From contig NZ_JBBAOV010000005.1 of the NCBI RefSeq assembly GCF_040401135.1, positions 12,800-76,799 on the forward strand: a stretch of 64,000 nt of DNA, written 5' to 3'. A model generated the notes under the pieces. It did no database searches and was not told where the DNA came from. It saw only the letters and a list, made by a program, of their open reading frames with translations. Made by a program: the position numbers and the translations under genes. Position 1 is the first letter of the stretch; the number at the start of each line of letters is the position of its first letter. Source of the stretch: Limnohabitans sp. (GTDB taxonomy: Bacteria > Pseudomonadota > Gammaproteobacteria > Burkholderiales > Burkholderiaceae_C). Shown one piece after another: positions 45,570 to 55,620 of the stretch.

Positions 45570-45607
45570 AGCAATAGAGATTTTCACAGCCAAGGCCTTT
45601 TTAACAA

Positions 45608-46501
45608 TCAGATCAAACCAGCCGCGCGCAAGGCGCTTTCCACCACAGGCTCGTTGGCCTGGGTGAGCTCTGTCATGGGCAAACGCAGTGTTGGGCCTGC
45701 GAGGCCCATGCGTTGCATCGCCCACTTCACGGGAATGGGGTTGGCTTCTACAAACAGCTGTTTATGAACAGGCATGAGTTTGAATTGGATGTCCATGGCC
45801 CGTTTCACATCGCCGGCGATGGCTGCCATGCACAGCTCGTGCATCAAGCGCGGAGCCACATTGGCGGTCACGCTGATGTTGCCTTGGCCGCCACATAGCA
45901 TCAAAGCCACGGCAGTGGGATCGTCACCCGAATAAACAGCAAAACCTTTGGGCACGTCGCGAATCAACCACTGAGCGCGCTCAATATTTCCTGTGGCTTC
46001 TTTGATGCCCACGATGCCTGGAATGCGGGACAGCCGCAGCACGGTGTCGTGCGCCATATCGGCCACAGAGCGGCCAGGCACGTTGTACAAAATTACGGGC
46101 AAATCCACCGCTTCAGCGATGGCTTTGAAATGAAGGTACTGGCCTTCTTGCGTGGGCTTGTTGTAGTAGGGCACCACTTGCAGTTGACAATGTGCGCCAA
46201 CTTTTTTGGCAAATTGGGCCAACTCAATCGCTTCAGCGGTCGAATTAGCGCCGCAGCCGGCCATGATGGGAACATGGCGTTCGGTGTGCTTGGAAGCTTG
46301 TTCGACCGACACGCGGATGATTTCGCAGTGTTCTTGCACGTTGACCGTCGGTGACTCGCCAGTAGTGCCTACAACGCCGATGCAATCGGTGCCTTCGGCA
46401 ATATGCCAATCAATCAGTTTGCGCAGGGTGGGGTAGTCCACGCTGCCGTCTGTGTGCATGGGGGTGGTCAAAGCCACGATGCTGCCGGTAATGGGTGTCA
46501 T
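45608..46501 (-). CDS. dapA: 4-hydroxy-tetrahydrodipicolinate synthase
   Basis: [19 protein letters not shown]-terminus, GTTGESPT, and the catalytic Lys context in [10 protein letters not shown]. Start is ATG 46501 or TTG 46519. Confidence 0.95.
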   Translation of the reverse strand: MTPITGSIVALTTPMHTDGSVDYPTLRKLIDWHIAEGTDCIGVVGTTGESPTVNVQEHCEIIRVSVEQASKHTERHVPIMAGCGANSTAEAIELAQFAKKVGAHCQLQVVPYYNKPTQEGQYLHFKAIAEAVDLPVILYNVPGRSVADMAHDTVLRLSRIPGIVGIKEATGNIERAQWLIRDVPKGFAVYSGDDPTAVALMLCGGQGNISVTANVAPRLMHELCMAAIAGDVKRAMDIQFKLMPVHKQLFVEANPIPVKWAMQRMGLAGPTLRLPMTELTQANEPVVESALRAAGLI

Positions 46502-46555
46502 GTCCGTTGGTTCGGTCAAGGAAAAACGTTCATTCTAGCGATTGCCGATGGCTTT

Positions 46556-47113
46556 TTAGCTGATGAGTGGGTAACGCGCAGGCGTTTGTGCGCTGCCCGT
46601 CTCGCATACGGCCACGATGCGCTGTACAAAGCGCTCGGGTCGGTCTAAAAACCCCTCTTCAAAAGCCACCACGCGCAGATCTTTACATGCCGACAGCAGC
46701 TCGGCTGGGTTCAGTAAAAAGTCAGGCCGCGATGGTTTCCCCACAGTTTCATTGCCCGCTGAGAAGGTTTCGTAAATCAGCACGCCGTTGGGCCCCAGGC
46801 TTTGCAAAACATGTGGCCACAGTGGGCGCCAAAGGTAGTTGGTGACGATCACGCCGCCAAATTTTCGACCTACCAGCGGCCAAGGGCCGTTTTCGATGTC
46901 GGCACAGATGGTTTCGCCCAAGCGGCTGACGGCCGCAATGGCGTCTGGGTTGCGGTCCACGCCGATCACGGCGTGGCCTAGTCCGGCAAAGTGGTGCATG
47001 TGTCTGCCGTGTCCGCAGGCAAGGTCCAGCACGCTGCAGCCAGCAGGCAACAGGTGTGACCAACAGGCAACCCAAGCAGACGTGGCCTCTTGTCCGTGAA
47101 GCAGTGTGGACAT
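46556..47113 (-). CDS. Class I SAM-dependent methyltransferase
   Basis: Trimmed to ATG 47113. 185 aa. VLDLACGHGRH motif I. Confidence 0.75.
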   Translation of the reverse strand: MSTLLHGQEATSAWVACWSHLLPAGCSVLDLACGHGRHMHHFAGLGHAVIGVDRNPDAIAAVSRLGETICADIENGPWPLVGRKFGGVIVTNYLWRPLWPHVLQSLGPNGVLIYETFSAGNETVGKPSRPDFLLNPAELLSACKDLRVVAFEEGFLDRPERFVQRIVAVCETGSAQTPARYPLIS

Positions 47114-47114
47114 G

Positions 47115-47255
47115 CTAGAAACATCCCCACACTTGGTTGGCCAGCGTGAGTAAAAAATCAGGCTGCAAATACATAGACAACACAGCCAGCAAAACGCCCA
47201 CGCACACCAAGCCCAGTAATGCTTGGCCAATCCATGTGTGCGATAAGCGACGCAT
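47115..47255 (-). CDS. Candidate 46-aa single-TM miniprotein (not in the ORF track)
   Basis: Hand translation: MRRLSHTWIGQALLGLVCVGVLLAVLSMYLQPDFLLTLANQVWGCF. It exactly fills the gap between the MFS stop (47264) and the methyltransferase ATG (47113). No Shine-Dalgarno seen. Confidence 0.3.
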   Translation of the reverse strand: MRRLSHTWIGQALLGLVCVGVLLAVLSMYLQPDFLLTLANQVWGCF

Positions 47256-47263
47256 TTGAAAGC

Positions 47264-48478
47264 TCAAGCAGTAGCAGGCGCGCGTTCAATCGCACCCTCA
47301 TTCACGGGCAAGTTCACCAAGGCGGCAAACACACCTAGCCCAATAGAGATGTACCAAACGATGTTGTAGCTGCCGGTCTGGTCATACAGATAGCCCCCCA
47401 GCCAAACACCCATGAAGCTGCCAATTTGGTGGCTGAGAAACACAAAACCAGCCAGCATCGACATATGTGCGACGCCAAAGATTTGTGCCACTACCGCATT
47501 GGTCGGTGGCACAGTGGAGAGCCACAACAATCCCATCACGCTAGAAAAGATGAACACACTCATCGGCGTAAGAGGGGCCAGCAAGAAAAGAACGATGACA
47601 ATCGAGCGTGAGAAATAAATAAACGACAAAATTTTTCGCTTGGCCATGCGCTGTCCCAAGCTGCCAGCAATATAGGTGCCAAAGACGTTGAACAGGCCAA
47701 TCAGCGCCAAGGCAATGCTGGCCACTTCTGGCGACAAGCCATTGTCTTTTAGGTAGCTTGGCATGTGCACACCGATGAACACCACCTGAAAGCCGCACAC
47801 AAAGTAGCCCGCCATCAACAGCTGAAAGCTGCGGTAGTTCATGGCCTCGCTCAGGGCGTGCAGAATGGACTGATCGCGCTTGGGTGTGGCCCCACCCGCA
47901 AATCCAGGCTCGCGCAAACCAAAGGCGAGGGGGATGATGAGCATGCAAGATAACGCCAGCCAGACCAAGGCCTCTTGCCAACCAAATGAGCTGATGAGAT
48001 AGCCCTCGGTAGGCACCATCAAAAACTGACCAAACGAGCCCGCCGCAGCTGCTACGCCCATGGCCCAAGAACGCTTTTCTGCGCTCACGTTGCGGCCAAT
48101 CACGCCATAAATCACGGCGTAGGTGGTGCCTGCTTGGGCGATGCCAATCAGCACACCCGCTGTGGCGGTAAAAAAAGCAGGGGTTGTGGCGTAAGCCATG
48201 CCAATCAATCCGAGCGAATACATCACTGCGGAGGTCACGATCACGCGAAAAGCGCCAAAGCGATCTGCCAACATGCCCGAGAAGATGCCTGCAAAACCCC
48301 AAGTTAGGTTTTGAATGGCGATGGCCATGGCAAAGTTCTCGCGGGTCCAGTCTTGCGCTTGGGTGATAGGCTGCAGCCACAGGCCAAAGCCGTGGCGCAC
48401 GCCCATGGATAAGGTGACGATTGCGGCCCCGCAGGCTAGCACTTGCCACATGGGCAGTGTTTTGTGTTGGTTGGTCAT
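47264..48478 (-). CDS. MFS transporter
   Basis: About 404 aa, 12 TM-like segments. ATG 48478 chosen; TTG 48496 is possible. Confidence 0.85.
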   Translation of the reverse strand: MTNQHKTLPMWQVLACGAAIVTLSMGVRHGFGLWLQPITQAQDWTRENFAMAIAIQNLTWGFAGIFSGMLADRFGAFRVIVTSAVMYSLGLIGMAYATTPAFFTATAGVLIGIAQAGTTYAVIYGVIGRNVSAEKRSWAMGVAAAAGSFGQFLMVPTEGYLISSFGWQEALVWLALSCMLIIPLAFGLREPGFAGGATPKRDQSILHALSEAMNYRSFQLLMAGYFVCGFQVVFIGVHMPSYLKDNGLSPEVASIALALIGLFNVFGTYIAGSLGQRMAKRKILSFIYFSRSIVIVLFLLAPLTPMSVFIFSSVMGLLWLSTVPPTNAVVAQIFGVAHMSMLAGFVFLSHQIGSFMGVWLGGYLYDQTGSYNIVWYISIGLGVFAALVNLPVNEGAIERAPATA

Positions 48479-48542
48479 GGTCCTGACTTTAACCAATGCG
48501 GCATCAAGGGGCTGTCACGGGGGTTAACTACAATTCCGCCCC

Positions 48543-50522
48543 ATGGCAACCAAGCAACCCACTACCCCGCCCCAGTACTCGGAAGGCTCGATTCGCGTTT
48601 TGAAGGGTCTTGAGCCTGTCAAACAACGCCCGGGCATGTACACCCGCACCGACAACCCACTGCACATCCTCCAAGAGGTTTTGGACAACGCGGCTGACGA
48701 AGCTCTCGCCGGACACGGCAAAAAGATCGGCGTCACGTTGCATGCCGATGGCTCGGTCACCATCGATGACGATGGCCGTGGCATTCCATTCGGCATGCAT
48801 CCTGAAGAAAAGGCCCCCGTCATTGAACTGGTGTTCACCCGGCTGCATGCGGGCGGCAAGTTCGACAAAGGCTCGGGCGGTGCCTATAGCTTCTCTGGCG
48901 GTTTGCACGGCGTGGGGGTGAGTGTGACCAACGCACTCTCTAAGCGCATGGAGGCCACCTCGCACCGCGAAGGACAAGTGGCCCGCTTGGTGTTCTCGGG
49001 TGGCGACGTGGTGGAAAAGCTCACCCTCCGCAAACAAGAATCCGGTGACCGCAAACAAGGCACCAGCGTGCGCGTGTGGCCAGACGCCAAATACTTTGAA
49101 ACATCGGCCTTGCCGATGAATGAACTGGTGCACCTGCTGCGCAGCAAAGCAGTGCTCATGCCCGGCGTGAGCGTGACACTCACAAATGAGAAAACCAAAG
49201 ACACACAAAATTGGCTCTACAAAGGCGGTCTGCGCGATTATTTGATGCAGTCCCTGCACGGTGACCCCGTCATTCCTTTGTTTGAGGGCGATGGCTATGC
49301 CGACAGCAACCACGACAGCTTCGCCGAAGGCGAGGGGGCCGCATGGGCGGTGGCGTTCACCGAAGACGGTCAACCCGTGCGTGAGAGCTATGTCAACTTG
49401 ATCCCCACCAGCGCGGGTGGCACGCATGACAGTGGCTTGCGCGATGGTCTGTTCACCGCAGTCAAGAGCTTCATTGAATTGCACGCGTTGTTGCCCAAAG
49501 GCGTCAAGCTCATGCCAGAGGATGTGTTTGCCCGTGCCAGCTACGTGCTAAGCGCCAAGGTGCTCGACCCTCAGTTCCAAGGGCAAATCAAAGAACGCCT
49601 CAACTCACGCGATGCCGTGCGTTTGGTCTCTAGCTATGTGCGCCCCACGATGGAGCTGTGGCTCAACCAACACGTCGAGTACGGTAAAAAATTGGCCGAA
49701 CTGGCCATCAAGGCCGCCCAAAGTCGCCAAAAAGCGGGCCAAAAAGTAGAGAAACGCAAAGGCTCAGGCGTGGCCGTGTTGCCAGGCAAGTTGACCGATT
49801 GCGAGAGCAAAGACATTGCCTACAACGAAGTGTTTTTGGTGGAGGGTGACTCAGCCGGTGGCAGCGCCAAGATGGGGCGCAACAAAGAAAACCAGGCCAT
49901 CCTGCCACTGCGCGGTAAGGTGCTCAACACGTGGGAAGTCGAGCGCGACCGCTTGTTTGCCAACAACGAAATTCACGACATCTCGGTGGCGGTGGGCGTT
50001 GACCCGCATGGCCCCAACGACAGCCCCGACATGAGCGGTCTGCGTTACGGCAAGGTCTGCATCTTGTCGGATGCGGACGTGGACGGCTCACACATCCAAG
50101 TGTTGTTGCTCACGTTGTTCTTCCGTCACTTCCCTAAATTGATCGAAACCGGTCATGTGTTTGTGGCTCGCCCGCCCCTGTTCCGCGTCGATGCACCCGC
50201 GCGCGGCAAAAAGCCAGCGTCCAAGGTGTACGCCTTGGACGACGGTGAACTCACCGCCATCCTAGACAAGCTGCGTAAAGACGGTGTGCGCGAAGGCTCA
50301 TGGAGCATTAGTCGCTTCAAAGGTTTGGGCGAGATGAGTGCCGAACAACTGTGGGACACCACCCTCAACCCTGACACCCGTCGGTTGATGCCTGTGCAAC
50401 TGGGCTCGCTCGACTTTGCAACCACCGAAGGTTTGATCACGCAACTCATGGGCAAAGGCGAAGCCGCTGCACGCCGTGAGCTGATGGAACTGCATGGCGA
50501 TTCGATTGAGATTGACGTATGA
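48543..50522 (+). CDS. parE: DNA topoisomerase IV subunit B
   Basis: 659 aa. GHKL ATPase N-terminus ([12 protein letters not shown]), EGDSAGG Toprim motif. Followed by parC, with no gyrase-type C-terminal insertion obvious. Confidence 0.93.
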   Translation: MATKQPTTPPQYSEGSIRVLKGLEPVKQRPGMYTRTDNPLHILQEVLDNAADEALAGHGKKIGVTLHADGSVTIDDDGRGIPFGMHPEEKAPVIELVFTRLHAGGKFDKGSGGAYSFSGGLHGVGVSVTNALSKRMEATSHREGQVARLVFSGGDVVEKLTLRKQESGDRKQGTSVRVWPDAKYFETSALPMNELVHLLRSKAVLMPGVSVTLTNEKTKDTQNWLYKGGLRDYLMQSLHGDPVIPLFEGDGYADSNHDSFAEGEGAAWAVAFTEDGQPVRESYVNLIPTSAGGTHDSGLRDGLFTAVKSFIELHALLPKGVKLMPEDVFARASYVLSAKVLDPQFQGQIKERLNSRDAVRLVSSYVRPTMELWLNQHVEYGKKLAELAIKAAQSRQKAGQKVEKRKGSGVAVLPGKLTDCESKDIAYNEVFLVEGDSAGGSAKMGRNKENQAILPLRGKVLNTWEVERDRLFANNEIHDISVAVGVDPHGPNDSPDMSGLRYGKVCILSDADVDGSHIQVLLLTLFFRHFPKLIETGHVFVARPPLFRVDAPARGKKPASKVYALDDGELTAILDKLRKDGVREGSWSISRFKGLGEMSAEQLWDTTLNPDTRRLMPVQLGSLDFATTEGLITQLMGKGEAAARRELMELHGDSIEIDV

Positions 50523-52870
50523 CCGATTTGTTCACCCCTGAACTGCCCACTGCCGACAATGACGGCGATATCGCACTGGGTCATTACGCCCAACGCGCCT
50601 ACCTTGAATATGCGCTCAGCGTGGTCAAAGGCCGCGCCTTGCCTGACGTCTGCGACGGTCAAAAGCCCGTGCAGCGACGCATTTTGTATTCGATGTCCCG
50701 CATGGGGCTTGGCTTCAGTGGCCCCAACAACAACACGGGCGCCAAGCCCGTCAAGTGCGCCCGTGTGGTCGGCGATGTGCTGGGCCGCTACCACCCTCAC
50801 GGCGACAGTGCCGCCTATGAGGCGTTGGTGCGCATGGCGCAAGACTTTGCGCAACGCTACCCGCTGATTGACGGCCAAGGCAACTTTGGCTCACGCGACG
50901 GCGACGGTGCTGCCGCCATGCGCTACACCGAAGCGCGCTTGGCCAAAATCACCACCTTGCTGCTCGACGAGATTGACGAAGGCACGGTCGACTTCCAGCC
51001 CAACTACGACGGCTCCACCGAAGAGCCCAAGCAGTTGCCCGCACGCTTGCCGTTTGCTTTGCTTAACGGTGCCAGCGGCATTGCTGTGGGCATGGCCACC
51101 GAAATTCCTAGCCACAACCTGCGGGAAGTGGCAGATGCGTGCGTGGCGCTCATCAAGTCACCCAAGATGAGTGACGCCGAGTTGCTGCAAATCTTGCCTG
51201 CGCCTGATTACCCGGGTGGCGGCCAAATCATCAGCAGTGCATCGGACATTGCCGACGCCTACCGCACCGGTCGTGGCTCGCTCAAAGTGCGTGCGCGCTG
51301 GAGCATCGAAGACCTGGCCCGCGGCCAATGGCAATTGGTAGTGAATGAACTGCCCCCCGGCGTGAGCAGCCAACGCGTGTTGGAAGAGATTGAAGAGCTG
51401 ACCAACCCCAAGGTCAAGACCGGTAAAAAAGCACTCAGCGCCGATCAAACCCAGCTCAAAGCCACCCTCTTGTCGGTGCTAGATGTGGTGCGCGACGAAT
51501 CGAGCAAAGACGCCGCTGTTCGATTGGTGTTCGAACCCAAAACCCGCACCATTGAGCAACAAGAACTCATCACCACTTTGCTGGCGCACACCAGCTTGGA
51601 AACCTCATCGTCCATCAACCTGACCATGGTGGGTATTGATGGTCGTCCAGTCCCTAAGTCGCTGCGCGACATGCTGACCGAGTGGATTGAGTTCCGCTCT
51701 GCCACCATCCTGCGTCGCTCACAACACCGATTGACCAAAGTGCTGGACCGCATCCATATCTTGGAAGGTCGTCAGTTGGTGTTGCTCAACATTGATGAGG
51801 TGATAGCCATCATCCGTCAGAGCGACGAGCCCAAACAAGCGCTGATGGAGCGCTTCAAACTCAGCGAACGACAAGCCGAAGACATCCTCGAAATTCGCCT
51901 GCGTCAGCTGGCGCGTTTGGAGGCTATCAAGATTGAGCAAGAGCTCAAAGAGTTGCGCGAAGATCAAGCCAAGCTCGAGGACATCGTGGGTAACCCATCG
52001 GCACTGCGTCGCTTGATGGTCAAAGAAATTGAAGCCGACGCCAAAACCTTTGCAGACCCACGCCGCACGCTCATTCAAGAAGAGAAAAAAGCAGTGGCCG
52101 AAGTCAAGGTGGTCGACGAGCCAGTGACTGTGGTGGTCTCTGAAAAAGGCTGGGTGCGTGCACGCACCGGCCATGGTCACGATCCCGTCAGCTTTGCCTT
52201 CAAGTCGGGCGATGGTTTGTACGGCACGTTTGAGTGCCGCACGGTGGACACCTTCATCGCGTTTGGTTCTAACGGTCGCATCTATTCAGTGCCCGTGTCG
52301 GTCTTGCCCGGCGCGCGTGGCGACGGCCAACCTGTGACCACACTGGTTGACTTAGAAGCTGGCACCCAACTGTTGCACTACGTGGCTGGCCCCGCTGGCG
52401 CAGCGTACTTGCTCAGCAGCTCGGGCGGCTATGGCTTCTTGGCCAACATCGAGCACATGATTTCGCGCAACAAAGGCGGCAAAGCCTTCATCACCGTGGG
52501 CGAGGGCGAAACTGTGTGCTGTCCATCACCTGCCAGCGGAGGCTCGGGCGCACAGCCTGTGGCGCCTGCCACGCATGTGGCTTGTGCCTCAACGGGCGGC
52601 CGCTTCTTGACCTTTGATTTGTCTGAACTCAAAGCCATGGAAAAGGGCGGTCGCGGACTGATGCTGATTGACCTAGAAGCCAAAGACACCTTGGCCGGTG
52701 CGGCTGCGTACACGCGCAGCGTGCGCATCGAAGGCATTGGCCGTGGCGGCAAAGTGCGCGAAGAAACGCTAGAAATTCGCAGCTTGAACAACGCCAAAGC
52801 CGCACGCGCCAAGAAAGGCAAAGTGGCGGACTTGGGCTTTAAGCCGAATGCGGTGGTGCGGGTGGAATAA
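50519..52870 (+). CDS. parC: DNA topoisomerase IV subunit A
   Basis: 783 aa. [22 protein letters not shown] and the catalytic-Tyr context [14 protein letters not shown] overlap with parE. Confidence 0.93.
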   Translation: MTDLFTPELPTADNDGDIALGHYAQRAYLEYALSVVKGRALPDVCDGQKPVQRRILYSMSRMGLGFSGPNNNTGAKPVKCARVVGDVLGRYHPHGDSAAYEALVRMAQDFAQRYPLIDGQGNFGSRDGDGAAAMRYTEARLAKITTLLLDEIDEGTVDFQPNYDGSTEEPKQLPARLPFALLNGASGIAVGMATEIPSHNLREVADACVALIKSPKMSDAELLQILPAPDYPGGGQIISSASDIADAYRTGRGSLKVRARWSIEDLARGQWQLVVNELPPGVSSQRVLEEIEELTNPKVKTGKKALSADQTQLKATLLSVLDVVRDESSKDAAVRLVFEPKTRTIEQQELITTLLAHTSLETSSSINLTMVGIDGRPVPKSLRDMLTEWIEFRSATILRRSQHRLTKVLDRIHILEGRQLVLLNIDEVIAIIRQSDEPKQALMERFKLSERQAEDILEIRLRQLARLEAIKIEQELKELREDQAKLEDIVGNPSALRRLMVKEIEADAKTFADPRRTLIQEEKKAVAEVKVVDEPVTVVVSEKGWVRARTGHGHDPVSFAFKSGDGLYGTFECRTVDTFIAFGSNGRIYSVPVSVLPGARGDGQPVTTLVDLEAGTQLLHYVAGPAGAAYLLSSSGGYGFLANIEHMISRNKGGKAFITVGEGETVCCPSPASGGSGAQPVAPATHVACASTGGRFLTFDLSELKAMEKGGRGLMLIDLEAKDTLAGAAAYTRSVRIEGIGRGGKVREETLEIRSLNNAKAARAKKGKVADLGFKPNAVVRVE

Positions 52871-52898
52871 AAAAAGCGGCTTTCAGAGCCGCTTTTTT
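52871..52898. terminator. Bidirectional intrinsic terminator between convergent parC and the zinc-ribbon gene
   Basis: AAAAAGCGGCT-ttcag-AGCCGCTTTTTT: A-run on one side, T-run on the other. Confidence 0.7.
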
Positions 52899-52913
52899 GT
52901 GGGATGCCAAGAT

Positions 52914-53180
52914 TTATGCTTTGGCTTTTTCTTTGACATCTGCCGATGTTGCGGCAGCTGGATCAGCCTCTTTCTTGGGAGGGCTGCAGTCAAAACAAAC
53001 AAACATGGATGATCCCAAGATGCGCTTGAATGAACCGTTGTTGCGTGGCTTGTGAACACCGCACTTGATGCAGCTCATGGTGTCGCCGGTGCGGCCGAGG
53101 CCTTCGAATGGGGAACCGCCTTTTTTCGACTTGTAGCGCAAACCATCGTTGGAGATTTCTGTTTTTTCTGGGCGTGACAT
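52914..53180 (-). CDS. 88-aa basic zinc-ribbon miniprotein, function unknown
   Basis: MSRPEKTEISNDGLRYKSKKGG...CIKCG-x20-CFDC...KKEADPAAATSADVKEKAKA. It has a C-x2-C-x21-C-x2-C pattern. ATG 53180 preferred over TTG 53201. No family recognised. Confidence 0.55.
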   Translation of the reverse strand: MSRPEKTEISNDGLRYKSKKGGSPFEGLGRTGDTMSCIKCGVHKPRNNGSFKRILGSSMFVCFDCSPPKKEADPAAATSADVKEKAKA

Positions 53181-53279
53181 TCGTTTTAGTTCTCGAGGCA
53201 AAGATGCTATTTTCGCAAATTTATCAACCGTTCTGCAAAGCTAGGCTTAAAAACCTCAAAAATCAACGTAAAAAACGCC

Positions 53280-53314
53280 TTGACAGTCTTAAAACAGCCG
53301 GGTTAACGCGTTAA
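53280..53314 (+). promoter_or_regulatory. TTGACA hexamer plus 12-bp perfect palindrome TTAACGCGTTAA upstream of the amidase operon
   Basis: TTGACA at 53280-53285 is preceded by three roughly helically phased A5-6 tracts (53249-53275). The palindrome at 53303-53314 sits where a -10 would be (17-bp spacing), but the -10 match itself is poor. Confidence 0.3.
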
Positions 53315-53437
53315 GAGATGAGTTGACGGTGTTTTGCGAACAGCACATAGGCCGGTTGCAACAATGGCACGAGCCAGTATCGCGACAAAACTCAAGCCAA
53401 AAATGCTGACCGTGACCGTTGCGGCAGAATTCACCGC

Positions 53438-54763
53438 ATGCCCCAAATCTGCTTTGATACCTCTACAACCGCCGCACAACGTGTGGCCAGCGCAACAGAA
53501 GATGCAGCCAGCCCCGCCGCGCAGCATGTGTTCACTCAGTTCTATGCCGATGGTGCACGCGCCACAGCGCAAAACTGTGATGCAGAGACACTGGCAGGCC
53601 GCAGCTTAGGCACGTTGCACGGCGTGTGCATCACGATCAAAGACAACATCGATGTGGCGGGTGAAACCACCATGGCGGGTGGTGTGGTGTGCGATGGCGA
53701 AACACCTGCGCTGCACGATGCGCCCGCGGTGCAACGTTTGCGCGATGCAGGCGCGGTAGTGCTGGGTAAAACCAATATGAGCGAGTTTGCTTTCTCAGGC
53801 GTGGGAATCAACCCACACCACGGCACGCCTGCTAATCCTGCTGACACATTACATGCACGCGTGCCCGGTGGTTCGTCATCGGGCGCAGCCGTGTCGGTCG
53901 CTTTGGGGCTGGCGGAGGTGGGTATTTGCACGGACACAGGTGGCTCTATCCGCATTCCCGCCGCACTTTGCGGCTTGGTGGGCTACAAAGGAACGCAAGT
54001 GCGCATTCCGCGCACAGGGGTAATGGAACTGTCGCGCTCACTCGATACTGTGGGCAGCATTACACGTTCGGTGCGAGGATGTTTGGCTGTGGATGCGGTG
54101 ATGTCGCAGCAGCCTTTGCCCACCGATGCTGCCCATTTGAAAGGCCTTCGTTTTGCCGTCCCTCAAACTCTAATGTTGGATGATGTGGATGCCACCGTGG
54201 CACAGGCTTTTTCAAACTCGCTAAAACTCATCCACGAGGCAGGTGCGCAGGTGGTGGAGATACCTTTTAAGGCGTTGGGCGACATTGCAGCACTGAGCAT
54301 GCCCGGTGGCTTTTCGCCCATCGAGAGCTACGCGGCGCACCATGCACGCCTTGAGCGTGGTGCAGACCGCATCGACCCTCGTGTGGTGGCCCGCATGATG
54401 CTGGGTAAAGGCATCAGCGCGCAAGACTACCTTGAACTGCACAACCGCCGCCAAGCTTGGATTGCCGAGGCTCAACAAACGCTGCAAGGCTTTGACGCCA
54501 TGCTTTGCCCGACTGTCCCGATGGTGGCTCCGTTGATTGAGCCTTTGATCAAAGACGATGAGGCGTTTTTCAAAGTCAACCGCTTGTTGTTGCGCAACCC
54601 GGCAGCCATTAACTACATGGATGGATGCTCTTGGAGCCTGCCTTGCCAAGAAGCAGGCCAACTGCCTGTGGGCTTAATGGTGTCAGGCTTGGCAGGGCAT
54701 GATGCACATTTGGCGCGGGTGGTTTTGGCCTTAGAAAACTTAATGAATTCTTTGCTCAGATAG
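53438..54763 (+). CDS. Amidase-signature (GatA-like) amidase
   Basis: 441 aa. ITIKDNIDVAG (catalytic Lys context) and VPGGSSSGAAVSVALG (GGSS[GS]G signature). No in-frame start exists further upstream (checked by hand back to the stop at 53348). Confidence 0.88.
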   Translation: MPQICFDTSTTAAQRVASATEDAASPAAQHVFTQFYADGARATAQNCDAETLAGRSLGTLHGVCITIKDNIDVAGETTMAGGVVCDGETPALHDAPAVQRLRDAGAVVLGKTNMSEFAFSGVGINPHHGTPANPADTLHARVPGGSSSGAAVSVALGLAEVGICTDTGGSIRIPAALCGLVGYKGTQVRIPRTGVMELSRSLDTVGSITRSVRGCLAVDAVMSQQPLPTDAAHLKGLRFAVPQTLMLDDVDATVAQAFSNSLKLIHEAGAQVVEIPFKALGDIAALSMPGGFSPIESYAAHHARLERGADRIDPRVVARMMLGKGISAQDYLELHNRRQAWIAEAQQTLQGFDAMLCPTVPMVAPLIEPLIKDDEAFFKVNRLLLRNPAAINYMDGCSWSLPCQEAGQLPVGLMVSGLAGHDAHLARVVLALENLMNSLLR

Positions 54764-54799
54764 ACCACAATGAGTTGATTGACAGAAAGAGAGCAAGCT

Positions 54800-55180
54800 A
54801 TGAGTTTGAAATATCGCACCTTGGCTTTGAGCCTTTTGTTGGCCGTGACCGCCGGTGCTGCGATGGCGCATGGGCCCAATGGCGGTTACCGTGGACAAGG
54901 CGGTGGTTATTACCGCGGCGGTGGTCAGTACTTCTGGGGGCCTGCACTTGTGGGAACGGCGATTGTGGGTACTTCGATTTATTTGTCTCGCCCCTTGCAG
55001 CCATCGACCGTCATCATCACCAGCCCACCTGCAGTGATGATGAGCAACCCGCAACCCACGCAATGGATCAATGGTCAACCCGTGCAAGCCTCAGTCGAGG
55101 CCTATTTTTGCCGTGACTCAGGCCAATATTTTCCCGTGGTGCAAACCTGCCCCACACCTTGGATGGTGGTGATGCAATGA
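54800..55180 (+). CDS. Secreted Gly/Tyr-rich protein with C-terminal C-x12-C motif (paralog 1)
   Basis: Trimmed to ATG 54800. 126 aa. Signal sequence ending AMA, a GGYRGQGGGYYRGGGQY tract, a hydrophobic Gly-zipper-like segment, and C-terminal AYFCRDSGQYFPVVQTCPTPWMVV. Confidence 0.6.
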   Translation: MSLKYRTLALSLLLAVTAGAAMAHGPNGGYRGQGGGYYRGGGQYFWGPALVGTAIVGTSIYLSRPLQPSTVIITSPPAVMMSNPQPTQWINGQPVQASVEAYFCRDSGQYFPVVQTCPTPWMVVMQ

Positions 55181-55557
55181 ATAAAGCTTTTTTATGTGTG
55201 CTGATCGCGGGTTTGTTGCCCTATGTGTGCGCAATGGCGGCCAAGTGGGGGTTTCAAAATTATGACAACCACAACCCACGCAATTGGCTAGCCCAACAAA
55301 CCGGCTTTCGAGCGCGCGGCAATGCAGCGCAGGCCAACAGTTTTGAGGCGTTTGCGTTTTTCGCCTCAGGGGTGATCATCGCCACCATCGCGCAGGTCGA
55401 GGCCGCGCGCATTGATATGTATGCCTTGACGTTTGTGGCTGCACGTGTGGGTTTTATTGCATGCTACTTGGCAGGCAAACCCACCTTGCGGTCTGTTTTT
55501 TGGCTAGTAGGCCTGCTAAGTGTGGTCGGCCTGTTTGCCGCTGCGCTTGGTGTTTAA
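55177..55557 (+). CDS. MAPEG-family membrane protein
   Basis: Trimmed to ATG 55177 (ATGA overlap with the upstream stop). 126 aa, 3-4 TM segments. NHNPRNWLAQQTGFRARGNAAQANSFEAFAFF resembles bacterial MAPEG (YecN-like) proteins; recall only. Confidence 0.7.
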   Translation: MNKAFLCVLIAGLLPYVCAMAAKWGFQNYDNHNPRNWLAQQTGFRARGNAAQANSFEAFAFFASGVIIATIAQVEAARIDMYALTFVAARVGFIACYLAGKPTLRSVFWLVGLLSVVGLFAAALGV

Positions 55558-55620
55558 AGCTGTCATCCGTTTGGCCATCTGCCGCGTTGAAAAGCTACCT
55601 TTTTATAAAGTGAGTTTGCT

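Noticed and set aside
47541-48449. 302-aa minus-strand ORF in an alternate frame of the MFS gene
   Set aside because: It is Arg/His/Trp/Gly-rich with no hydrophobic periodicity. The overlapping frame encodes a clean 12-TM transporter.
48528-49484. 318-aa minus-strand ORF
   Set aside because: It is antisense to parE (GHKL ATPase region). It has no recognisable motifs and shadow-ORF composition.
50153-50878. 241-aa minus-strand ORF across the parE/parC junction
   Set aside because: It is antisense to both topoisomerase IV genes. Shadow ORF.
53108-53314. 68-aa plus-strand ORF in the divergent regulatory gap
   Set aside because: Its first half is antisense to the zinc-ribbon gene. The remainder is an AT-rich promoter region giving a Lys/Arg-rich junk translation with no RBS.
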